Source: an uncultured Zetaproteobacteria bacterium (GTDB lineage: Bacteria; Pseudomonadota; Zetaproteobacteria; Mariprofundales; S012-25). Taken from it: a DNA stretch of 25,572 nt. Every line of letters begins with the position of its first letter. Within the stretch, counting starts at the first letter, position 1. The stretch covers positions 1 through 25,572 of the forward strand of contig CAZTLD010000001.1 of NCBI GenBank assembly GCA_964614395.1, read 5' to 3'. The notes beneath the pieces are model-generated. The model did not search any database. It was given only the letters and a program-made list of their open reading frames with translations, and had not been told where the DNA came from. Positions 16,436 to 24,143 of the stretch are shown here, piece after piece. The translations under genes were made by a program, and so were the position numbers.

Positions 16436-17976
16436 TGTTGCAAAATGGAAAGCAGATTGTTCGTGAACCAATACAACACGAGACCCGAGGGGAAGAACAG
16501 GAACATCAGCGTGAATGCGACCGGCATGAACTGCATCAGCCTTGCCTGCATCGGATCCGAAGGCTGCGGGTTGAGCCGCTGCTGGATGTACATGCTCAGC
16601 CCCATCAACACCGGCAGCACGAAATACGGATCCGGCGCGGAAAGATCCTTGATCCAGCCGACGAACGGCGCATGGCGCATCTCGATCGAAACGAGCAGCA
16701 CCTTATACAGCGCGAAGAACACTGGAATCTGAATGAAGATCGGCAGGCAGCCCGAAACCGGGTTCACCTTGTGCTTCCGATACAGCTTCATCAATTCCTC
16801 GGCCATGCGCTGGCGGTCGTCGCCGTAAAGCTCGCGCAGCCGCTCGATCTCGGGCTGGATCTTGCGCATCGCCGCCATCGACAGATACGAGCGGTGCGTG
16901 GGATAGAAAAAGAGAATCTTGATCAACACGACGAGGATGATGATGTCCAGCCCGTAGTTCGGGACAAACCGGTGCACCCAGAGCAAAAACTTGTGCAACG
17001 GGATCGCGATGAACGCAAACCAGCCGAAGTCCACGCTGCGCTCAAGCTCTACCCCTAAAGACTCCAGAATCGGCGTGGACTTCGGGCCCAGATAGACCGC
17101 CGTTTGGTAGATGCGCGCCCCGTCGGCCGAGGCCTTCGGCTGCGCGAAGAAGCCCGCCTGATAGCTTGCGCCGTCGGTCTTGAAGAAGACCTCCACCTGC
17201 TTGCTCGGATCGAGAATGAACGAGGCAAGGAAATACCGGTTCATGACCCCGATCCAGCCGCCCTTCGTGGTCTCGGTGATTGCCCGGCGCTCGTCGAGCT
17301 CCTCGTAGTCCACCTGCCGCAGCTTCCCGTTCAAAAACGCCACCGGCCCCACATGTTCATAGAAGGTATCTTTCTTCTTGTCCGGATTGCGCTCGACGAT
17401 CTGGTAGTAAACGCTGGGCGAGGCGATGCCCCGCACCCGATCCGTCATCTGCAACAGATAGCCCGAAGCCTTCTTCGTCAGGCGCAGCTCCCGCGTCCAC
17501 GCCCCACCACCCTCAAGCGGCGCTTGCAACACGATCCGATCAGGGCTTTGCTCCACCGGCGCAAACGCTCCCGCGCGCCGATGCCTCAAAATGCCAGCGT
17601 TGAGGTAAAGCCCGTGGCCGGTCGGGGTCAGATCCAGATAGGCGACGCCCGGAGAGTTTGGATCCAGCGTCTGATGGTACTGCTTCATCACCGCCTTCAC
17701 GATCCAGCCGCGCTCGTCCACAAGGATTCGCACGCGCGCATTTTCCAATGCGAAGACCCGCTTCGGCATCCGCCAACTGGGCGCACGCAGCTGCTGATCC
17801 TCGGGTCTTGGCGTCGGCTTTTCGGTGGGCTGGGCATGAGAAGCCTCCCCCGATGGTTCGACCTCCTCGGAAGAAGAGGGCGGCGTGGGCTTGGGCGGGG
17901 GGAAAATCGCCTGCCAGATGAAGATGATCGCAATCGAAATCGCAACGGCGAGCAAAAGGTTGCGCGTCTGTTCCAT
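16402..17976 (-). CDS. yidC: Membrane protein insertase YidC (with periplasmic domain)
   Basis: N-terminal TM, DFGWFAFIA, NYGLDIIILVVLIK, SMAAMRKIQP, NPVSGCLP, FIQIPVFFALY, DLSAPDPYFVLP and PSGLVLYW. Confidence 0.96.
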   Translation of the reverse strand: MEQTRNLLLAVAISIAIIFIWQAIFPPPKPTPPSSSEEVEPSGEASHAQPTEKPTPRPEDQQLRAPSWRMPKRVFALENARVRILVDERGWIVKAVMKQYHQTLDPNSPGVAYLDLTPTGHGLYLNAGILRHRRAGAFAPVEQSPDRIVLQAPLEGGGAWTRELRLTKKASGYLLQMTDRVRGIASPSVYYQIVERNPDKKKDTFYEHVGPVAFLNGKLRQVDYEELDERRAITETTKGGWIGVMNRYFLASFILDPSKQVEVFFKTDGASYQAGFFAQPKASADGARIYQTAVYLGPKSTPILESLGVELERSVDFGWFAFIAIPLHKFLLWVHRFVPNYGLDIIILVVLIKILFFYPTHRSYLSMAAMRKIQPEIERLRELYGDDRQRMAEELMKLYRKHKVNPVSGCLPIFIQIPVFFALYKVLLVSIEMRHAPFVGWIKDLSAPDPYFVLPVLMGLSMYIQQRLNPQPSDPMQARLMQFMPVAFTLMFLFFPSGLVLYWFTNNLLSILQQWLVYKRMHVA

Positions 17977-17978
17977 CT

Positions 17979-18200
17979 CTACTTCTCCCTTTCCGGCACC
18001 GGATCGTAGCCCCAGCCGCCTCCCGGCCGGCAGCGGGCAAGCCTTCGCAACGCAAGCGCGCCGCCCTTGAGCACTCCAAAGCGCGCAATCGCTTCATAAG
18101 CGTACTGCGAACAGCTGGGCACAAAACGGCAGCGCGCCGGCAGCCACGGCGAAATCCCCCACTGATAGCCGCGCACGAGCTTCAACACCAGCCGCTTCAT
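17979..18200 (-). CDS. yidD: Membrane protein insertion efficiency factor YidD
   Basis: [40 protein letters not shown] 18200 overlaps the rnpA stop (ATGA). Confidence 0.93.
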   Translation of the reverse strand: MKRLVLKLVRGYQWGISPWLPARCRFVPSCSQYAYEAIARFGVLKGGALALRRLARCRPGGGWGYDPVPEREK

Positions 18201-18547
18201 GAGCCCATCGCGCACCGTCTTCTTACCTCATCCAGCATCGCACCCAGCTCTTCGGCCAGCCCCTTGAGCCGCTTGTCCGGAAGCTTTTTCGCTATCACCA
18301 GCACATCCACCGGCACGTCCCGGATCGGATGCCTGCGGAACACCTCGCGCGCGATGCGCCGGAAGCGGTTGCGACGCGTCGCCTTGCCCAGCCTTTTGGA
18401 CACCGAAAGCCCCAGCCTTGCCCAGCCAAGCGCGTTGCGCTTCCAGACCACGGCGGCGAGCTTCCCCTCGATGCGCTGGCCACCCCGCAGCCGCCGGAAC
18501 TCCGCCGGCCGGCGAAGGCGCGCCTCTTTCGGAAAACGCTCGTTCAG
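18197..18547 (-). CDS. rnpA: Ribonuclease P protein component; probable non-canonical CTG start
   Basis: [15 protein letters not shown]-terminus, [21 protein letters not shown] (RNR motif) and DVLVIAK. Canonical position between rpmH and yidD. Confidence 0.88.
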   Translation of the reverse strand: MNERFPKEARLRRPAEFRRLRGGQRIEGKLAAVVWKRNALGWARLGLSVSKRLGKATRRNRFRRIAREVFRRHPIRDVPVDVLVIAKKLPDKRLKGLAEELGAMLDEVRRRCAMGS

Positions 18548-18687
18548 ACGGTAAGACGCTTGCGCCCTTTCGCGCGCCGACGCTTGAGCACCTTGCGCCC
18601 GCCTTTCGTCTTCATCCGCGCCCGAAACCCGTGCTTGCGCGCGCGCTTGATCCGGCTCGGGCGGTAGGTCAAATGCTCGATCGCCAT
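18544..18687 (-). CDS. rpmH: 50S ribosomal protein L34
   Basis: [48 protein letters not shown] upstream of ATG 18687. Confidence 0.95.
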   Translation of the reverse strand: MAIEHLTYRPSRIKRARKHGFRARMKTKGGRKVLKRRRAKGRKRLTV

Positions 18688-18719
18688 CGCCAAAACCCCT
18701 TTGCGGAAAATGGGCGGCA

Positions 18720-18747
18720 AGCATAGCCCGTTTGCGCTTGCATTCAA
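18720..18747 (-). promoter_or_regulatory. Putative sigma70 promoter for the rpmH operon
   Basis: Minus strand TTGAAT-N16-TATGCT upstream of rpmH. Confidence 0.55.
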
Positions 18748-18765
18748 GAAGCTTGCAGCTATCTT
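18738..18765 (+). promoter_or_regulatory. Putative sigma70 promoter for the rpsF operon
   Basis: Plus strand TTGCAT-N16-TATCTT. The predicted start (~18772) coincides with the 5' end of the structured leader. Confidence 0.55.
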
Positions 18766-18770
18766 TCGCC

Positions 18771-18844
18771 GCCATCCTTGCTCCGCGCCAAGAGCGCGGG
18801 GCGCTGCGCATCGCACGCGGATGCGCGCACCGAAAGGAGGTCGG
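18771..18844 (+). ncRNA. rpsF leader (S6:S18-binding autoregulatory RNA) candidate
   Basis: TCCTT (18775-79) can pair with the SD AAGGA (18834-38). It encloses hairpin GCTCCGCGC-CAAGA-GCGCGGGGC and a second hairpin GCGCATC/GATGCGC, with an unpaired CCG before the SD. Confidence 0.6.
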
Positions 18845-19204
18845 ATGTATTACGAAAATGTGTTTATCGTGCACCCAGACCTTTCCACGGCCAATGCCGA
18901 AAAGGTCGTCGATGAGCTGGTCGCGCTGGTGGAAAAGCACGGCGGGCGCGTGGTCAAGCGCGAGTCGTGGGGCGTGCGCCCGCTGGCCTATCGCATCGCC
19001 CACCGCAAGCGCGGGCACTATTTCCTGATCGTGGTGGACGGCGAGCCGGATGTGCAACGGGAGCTGGAGCGCGCGTTCCGGCTTTCCGATCATGTGATCC
19101 GGTGGCTGTGCGTGCGCGTGGACGAGGTGTCCGACAAGCCCTCGCCGCTCGCCAAGCGCACAGCCGCCGAACCCGAGGGCGGCGCTGACGCGGAAGCGGC
19201 CTGA
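18845..19204 (+). CDS. rpsF: 30S ribosomal protein S6
   Basis: [53 protein letters not shown]. Confidence 0.96.
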   Translation: MYYENVFIVHPDLSTANAEKVVDELVALVEKHGGRVVKRESWGVRPLAYRIAHRKRGHYFLIVVDGEPDVQRELERAFRLSDHVIRWLCVRVDEVSDKPSPLAKRTAAEPEGGADAEAA

Positions 19205-19232
19205 GGCCTTCGCCGAAGTTCGCGCCCGAGGG

Positions 19233-19535
19233 GTGTTGCAGCATCTGCGCACGCGCTGGTTGCCGGATGGAAGCTTTGCCGTGATCGGCGAGCTATGGGT
19301 GCCGCGGCCGGCGCTCGGGGCGCCGCGCGTGGAAGCGCCCGATGAGCAGCCACTGCCAATCCGCGCATGGAAAGAGATCGCCGAGAAGCTTGCCAAGCTG
19401 GAAGGGTCATGGGTCGAGATCCAGGGCGTGTTGCGACGGCGTTTTTTCCGGCGGGACGGCATGCCGTTTTGGGGGCAGCTTGAAGTGTGGATCACGGATG
19501 TCAAAACCAACGACGAGGGGTATGGCGATGACTGA
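19233..19535 (+). CDS. Short OB-fold ssDNA-binding protein (PriB/SSB-like); true start may lie upstream
   Basis: Occupies the priB/ssb slot between rpsF and rps[22 protein letters not shown] resembles the OB-fold core of SSB/PriB. No DDIPF tail. Confidence 0.6.
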   Translation: MLQHLRTRWLPDGSFAVIGELWVPRPALGAPRVEAPDEQPLPIRAWKEIAEKLAKLEGSWVEIQGVLRRRFFRRDGMPFWGQLEVWITDVKTNDEGYGDD

Positions 19536-19845
19536 GCAGGAAAAGACCACCGAAGCCACGGAAGCGCAGCCGGAGAAGGCCGCGGAGGCTTCCGAGGCGA
19601 AAAAAGAGGAAAAGAAGCAGCGGCGTTATCCGCGCCGGCGCAAGTTCTGCCGCTTTTGCGCGGAGAAGTTCGAGCCGGACTACAAAGATCCGGAATCGCT
19701 CAAGCCGTTCATCAACGCGCGCTACAAGATCATCTCCCGCCGCATCACCGGGACTTGCGCCAAGCATCAACGCAGGCTGACGAAGGCGGTCAAGCGGGCG
19801 CGGATCCTCGCCCTTTTGCCGTTCACGACGATGCACAAGGGCTGA
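19528..19845 (+). CDS. rpsR: 30S ribosomal protein S18 (zinc-binding C+ form) with acidic N-terminal extension
   Basis: [53 protein letters not shown] 7 nt before ATG 19528. Confidence 0.96.
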   Translation: MTEQEKTTEATEAQPEKAAEASEAKKEEKKQRRYPRRRKFCRFCAEKFEPDYKDPESLKPFINARYKIISRRITGTCAKHQRRLTKAVKRARILALLPFTTMHKG

Positions 19846-19857
19846 TCGGAGTCGCGC

Positions 19858-20832
19858 GTGGGCGGCGATGCAACCGGCATGCCTCCGGCGGCGCAGGCGC
19901 TGCTCACGCGCAAGCTCCCCTGCGCAGCGCTGATGCTGGTGATGTTCACCGCGCCTGCGTGGGCAAGCCTGCTTGCACCGATTCCAGTTTTGGGATTGCT
20001 GGCCGTTTCGGCGGCGTTGGCTGCGCATCTTCTGGTGCCGATGGTGGCGGCGATCGTCGCGATGGGGGGAGGGCTTGGTTTTGCCTTGCCTGCCGTGGGG
20101 CTGATGGGCGCAGGTGTGTGGGCGGCCAGCGGTTTTGCCTGGCCGGTGGGGATCAGCGCCTTTCTGCTTTATGGGGTGGCGCCGGCCATCGCCGGCTGGC
20201 TGCTGCTCAGCCGCGTGCGCGGGCTTGAGCGCGCAGCGGCTGCCTTGCTTGCGTTCACGGCCGGCGTGGTGTTCGTCGGCTGGGCGTGGTACGCAGATGC
20301 GCAAGGGATCGCTCCCGCAGAGCTCGGCGAGAAGCTGCTGCGCGAGATCGTGCAGGGTCGTGAAGCCTCGGAGATCCAGAAGCTTGTGCACGCGTTGGCT
20401 CAGGGGATGCCCGGTTGGATCACCGCGGGGATTTGGGTGGCTTGGTTGGGCAATCTGGTGCTTGCCCGCAGCGTGATGCAGCGCTGGGGATTGTTTGCGG
20501 GCGACACCCGCCCCATTTACATGCTTTCCTTCCGGCCGCGGCTGGGACTTGGTTTTCTTGGCTTGGCGACAGCCGCGCTGCTCGGGGAAGGCTCCGTGCG
20601 CTTTTGGGCGGAAAGCGGGGCCATCGCCTTGGCCGCGCCCATCGCCGCGCAAGGCACCTTTGCCGTGCACGCCTGGCTTGCCGCGCGCGAAATGACGCTT
20701 GCGATCGCCACCCTTTATTTGATGCTTGCGCTGTGGTCTGCGATGATTCTGCCGCTGTTGATCGTGGGGCTTGCCGATTTGTGGCTGGATTTCAGGAAGC
20801 AAGGAGGACGCAATGCAGGTGATTCTGCTTGA
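19858..20832 (+). CDS. DUF2232/YybS-like integral membrane protein
   Basis: About 9-10 TM segments, with PIAAQG and GLADLWLDFRK matching the family C-terminus. Position between rpsR and rplI. GGAG SD before GTG 19858. Confidence 0.72.
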   Translation: MGGDATGMPPAAQALLTRKLPCAALMLVMFTAPAWASLLAPIPVLGLLAVSAALAAHLLVPMVAAIVAMGGGLGFALPAVGLMGAGVWAASGFAWPVGISAFLLYGVAPAIAGWLLLSRVRGLERAAAALLAFTAGVVFVGWAWYADAQGIAPAELGEKLLREIVQGREASEIQKLVHALAQGMPGWITAGIWVAWLGNLVLARSVMQRWGLFAGDTRPIYMLSFRPRLGLGFLGLATAALLGEGSVRFWAESGAIALAAPIAAQGTFAVHAWLAAREMTLAIATLYLMLALWSAMILPLLIVGLADLWLDFRKQGGRNAGDSA

Positions 20833-21262
20833 ACGGATCGAGGGGCTGGGCAACGTCGGCGATGTCGTCGATGTGCGCCCGGGGTATGCGCGCAACTACC
20901 TGATCCCGCAGAAGAAGGCGCTGCTTGCCACCAGCGCGAACCGCAAGCTGTTCGAGCGGCGGCGCGCGATGCTGGAAAAGGCGCAGGCCGAACGGCTCGA
21001 ACAGGCCAAGGCGCAGGCGGAAAAGATGCAGGCGCTGGAGCTCGTCGTGCACCGCCCCACAAGCGACGGCGAGCACCTTTACGGCTCGGTGGGTGTGGCA
21101 GACCTCGCCGCGTTGCTTGCCGAGCACGGCTTTGAGGTGCGTCGGGCGGACATCATCTTGGATGCGCCGATCAAGACGGTCGGCACGCACGCGTTCCGCG
21201 TGCGCCTGCATCCGGACGTGGTCGCTGAGCTTTCCGTGCGCGTGGAAACGGAGGGGCATTGA
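20813..21262 (+). CDS. rplI: 50S ribosomal protein L9
   Basis: MQVILLERIEGLGNVGDVVDVRPGYARNYLIP, LYGSV, IKTVG and LHPDV. AAGGAGG SD. Confidence 0.96.
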   Translation: MQVILLERIEGLGNVGDVVDVRPGYARNYLIPQKKALLATSANRKLFERRRAMLEKAQAERLEQAKAQAEKMQALELVVHRPTSDGEHLYGSVGVADLAALLAEHGFEVRRADIILDAPIKTVGTHAFRVRLHPDVVAELSVRVETEGH

Positions 21263-22641
21263 GCGCCAAGCCCTTGCCGGGGGGATTGCGCGAGCGCGTC
21301 CCCCCGCAGGCGCTGGATGCCGAGCGGGCGGTGCTTGGCGCGATCTTTCTCGATGCCCAGCAGGCGCTGGAGCGCATTGAGGGCTTTTTGCATCCGGAAG
21401 ATTTTTACGCCGAGGCGCACCAGCGGATCTACCGTGCGGCGCTAACGTTGCACGAAAAAGGGCGCGCCGTGGATGCGCTTACGGTCAAGGAGTTCCTCGC
21501 ACAAAACGGTGAGCTTGAGCGGGTGGGGGGCGAGGCGTATCTCGCTTCGCTGCTAGCCGTCGTGCCCACGGCGGCCAATGTCGAACACTACGCGCGCATC
21601 GTGCGCGACCGCGCGGTGTTGCGCGAGCTTCTGCGCACCTGCCACAAGATCACGGAAGGCGTTTACGAAGAGCCCGAGCTGGATGTGCACGAGCACCTTG
21701 ACCGCGCTGAGCAAAAGATCCTGCGCATCGCCGAGCGCTACGGGCAAGGCTTGGAACGGTTCAGCTCGATGCAAGGGCTGATGCGCCAGGTTTACGAGCA
21801 GTTGGCCGAGCGCTATGAGAAAAAGTCGCTCATCACCGGCGTCCCCACTGGGTTCACCGATCTCGATACGATGACGAGCGGCTTGCAGCGCGGCGATCTC
21901 ATCATCATCGCCGGGCGCCCCAGCATGGGCAAAACCGCTTTTGCGATGAACATCGCCACCAATGTGGCGCTGCGGGGGGATTCGGAGGCGGTCGTCGCGG
22001 TGTTTTCGCTGGAAATGGCGGACAGTCAACTGGCGCTTCGGATGCTGGCGAGCGAAGCGCGCGTGGATCTGAAAAAGCTTCGCACCGGCCACTTCTCTTC
22101 CGACGACTGGATGAAGCTCGCCAACACCACCGGGAAGCTTGCGGAGGCCAAGATCTTCATCGACGACACGCCCAACCTGGGTGTCCTCGATGTGCGCGCG
22201 AAGTGCCGCCGACTCAAGCGCGAGCACGGGCGGCTGGATCTGATCGTAATTGACTACCTCCAGCTGATGACGGGAAGGGCGGACGCCGAGCGGCGGGAGC
22301 AGGAGATTTCGGAGATCACGCGCGGGCTCAAAGGGCTGGCGAAAGAGCTGCATGTGCCGGTGGTGGCGCTTTCGCAGCTCAACCGCTCGGTGGAGCAGCG
22401 CGCGGACAAGCGTCCGATCATGGCGGACTTGCGCGAGTCCGGCGCGATCGAACAGGACGCGGACCTGATCTTGGCCGTGTTCCGCGAAGAGGTCTATCAC
22501 CCGAAGCCGGAAAACGAGGGCTTGGCCGAGATCATCGTTCTCAAGCAACGCAATGGGCCGACCGGCACCGTGAAGCTCACCTTCATCAAGCCGTACACGC
22601 GCTTTGAAAACCACGCGCCCTCGGCGGCGTTCGACGCTTAG
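21259..22641 (+). CDS. dnaB: Replicative DNA helicase DnaB (no intein)
   Basis: PPQALDAERAVLG, TGVPTGFTDLD, AGRPSMGKT, FSLEM, IDYLQLM, LSQLNRSVEQR, DLRESGAIEQDAD and KQRNGPTG. TTG start overlaps the rplI stop (TTGA). Confidence 0.96.
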   Translation: MSAKPLPGGLRERVPPQALDAERAVLGAIFLDAQQALERIEGFLHPEDFYAEAHQRIYRAALTLHEKGRAVDALTVKEFLAQNGELERVGGEAYLASLLAVVPTAANVEHYARIVRDRAVLRELLRTCHKITEGVYEEPELDVHEHLDRAEQKILRIAERYGQGLERFSSMQGLMRQVYEQLAERYEKKSLITGVPTGFTDLDTMTSGLQRGDLIIIAGRPSMGKTAFAMNIATNVALRGDSEAVVAVFSLEMADSQLALRMLASEARVDLKKLRTGHFSSDDWMKLANTTGKLAEAKIFIDDTPNLGVLDVRAKCRRLKREHGRLDLIVIDYLQLMTGRADAERREQEISEITRGLKGLAKELHVPVVALSQLNRSVEQRADKRPIMADLRESGAIEQDADLILAVFREEVYHPKPENEGLAEIIVLKQRNGPTGTVKLTFIKPYTRFENHAPSAAFDA

Positions 22642-23723
22642 TGCGGGCGCGCGCACTTATCTCCGTCTCCGCACTGGCGCACAACTGGAAAACGATCACC
22701 GCGCATGCACGCGGATCGCAGGTGTGCGCGGTGGTCAAGGCCAACGCTTACGGACACGGCATGGAGATCGTCGCACCCGCGCTGTGGGAGGCCGGCTGCC
22801 GCTGGTTTGCCACGACCGACGCCGAGGAAGGCCGAAGGCTTCTGGATATTCTTTCCGGACGGCATCCGAAGGTGTTGGTGCTTTCCCCGCCGGAGGACGA
22901 CGAAGCGCTGGCGCTCTTTCGCGCGCATTCCGCGCTTCGCCCCGTGATCGCAGATCTTGCGCACCTCCGCGCGTGGATCGCGCGCGGCGGAAAGCAGGCT
23001 GTGTGGATCAAGCTGGAGACGGGGATGCATCGGCTGGGCGAGGCGCATCCCGAACGCCTCACCGAAGCCGCCGAAAAACACGGGATCCCCATTGAGGGGG
23101 CGCTCAGCCACTTGGCTTTGGCCGATCGGCCGCAGCATCCGCTCACGCAAGCGCAAGTCCGTCGCTTTCAGGCGCTGTGCGCCGGACGCCGCTGGATGCG
23201 TTCGCTCGCGAACAGTGCGGGGCTGGCTTCCCTTCCGCCGGAGGCGTGGGGGGATCTCGTGCGCGTGGGGATTGCGCTGTATGGGGTTGAGCCTGCGGCG
23301 AGGATCCGCCGCTTGGGGCTTAGGCCCGTGATGGAGCTGCAGGCGCGCGTGTTGCAGATCAAATCGCTTGAGGCGGGGGATGCGGTGTCCTACGACGCCA
23401 GCTTCGTGGCCCCCAAGCCGATGCGGGTGGCGGTTTTGGCTGCGGGCTATGCGGACGGCGTGCCAAGGGGGCTTTCCAACCGGGGAATGGTGGAGCTCGG
23501 AGGCGCGCTTTGCCCGATCGTCGGGCGCGTGTGCATGGACTACACGATCGTGGATGTGACGCACGCCTGCGCGCGCGAAGGCGACTGGGCAAGCTTCTGG
23601 GGCACGCCCGGGCTTCCGGTGGAGGATGCATGCGCGCGCATGGTTGGAGAGCCGCCTGAAATCCCCTACACATTGCTGAGCAATGTCGGGGCAAGGGTGG
23701 TGCGCATGGTGCGCAAGGAGTAG
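22641..23723 (+). CDS. alr: Alanine racemase
   Basis: AVVKANAYGHG (PLP lysine), KLETGMHRLG, SLANSAG, VRVGIALYG, VSYD, GYADG and GRVCMD. Confidence 0.94.
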   Translation: MRARALISVSALAHNWKTITAHARGSQVCAVVKANAYGHGMEIVAPALWEAGCRWFATTDAEEGRRLLDILSGRHPKVLVLSPPEDDEALALFRAHSALRPVIADLAHLRAWIARGGKQAVWIKLETGMHRLGEAHPERLTEAAEKHGIPIEGALSHLALADRPQHPLTQAQVRRFQALCAGRRWMRSLANSAGLASLPPEAWGDLVRVGIALYGVEPAARIRRLGLRPVMELQARVLQIKSLEAGDAVSYDASFVAPKPMRVAVLAAGYADGVPRGLSNRGMVELGGALCPIVGRVCMDYTIVDVTHACAREGDWASFWGTPGLPVEDACARMVGEPPEIPYTLLSNVGARVVRMVRKE

Positions 23724-23726
23724 GTC

Positions 23727-24143
23727 ATGTGGCTTTTTCTGATTCTGTTTTTCGGACCGTTGATCGAGCTGTATGTGCTCATCCGCGTGGGCGCAAGGAT
23801 CGGCGCGTTCTCCACGATTGCGCTGTGCGTGCTCACCGCCGTGGTAGGAGGATTCTTGATCCGCTGGCAAGGGTGGCAGACGCTGATGGAAGCGCAGCGC
23901 AGAATCGCGATGGGCTATCCGCCTGCTGCGGAGATGCTCCACGGGGCGATGCTCGTGCTTGCAGGCGTCATGTTGTTCACCCCCGGCTTCATTTCGGACA
24001 CGCTGGGGTTTTTGCTGCTCGTGCCGGCCGTGCGGCGCGCGATCATCCGCCGCTGGTGGCCGGAGGCGGAAAGGCTTTCCGAGGGGCCGGCGGATGTGAT
24101 CACGGTGCTCCCTGACGACGACGACTGGCCGCATCTGCGATGA
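23727..24143 (+). CDS. fxsA: FxsA family membrane protein
   Basis: PLIELYVLIRVG..IG, TAVVG..L.R.QG and L..PGFISDTLGFLLL.P..R. Confidence 0.9.
   Translation: MWLFLILFFGPLIELYVLIRVGARIGAFSTIALCVLTAVVGGFLIRWQGWQTLMEAQRRIAMGYPPAAEMLHGAMLVLAGVMLFTPGFISDTLGFLLLVPAVRRAIIRRWWPEAERLSEGPADVITVLPDDDDWPHLR

Noticed and set aside
2413-20708. Repeated GCGATCGC (HIP1-like) at 2413, 5742, 7105, 12216, 13745 and 20701
   Set aside because: Five of the six are in-frame Ala-Ile-Ala codons, and the density is far below cyanobacterial HIP1. Codon usage explains them.
21259-22641. Intein in DnaB
   Set aside because: The protein is 460 aa with contiguous helicase motifs and no insertion.
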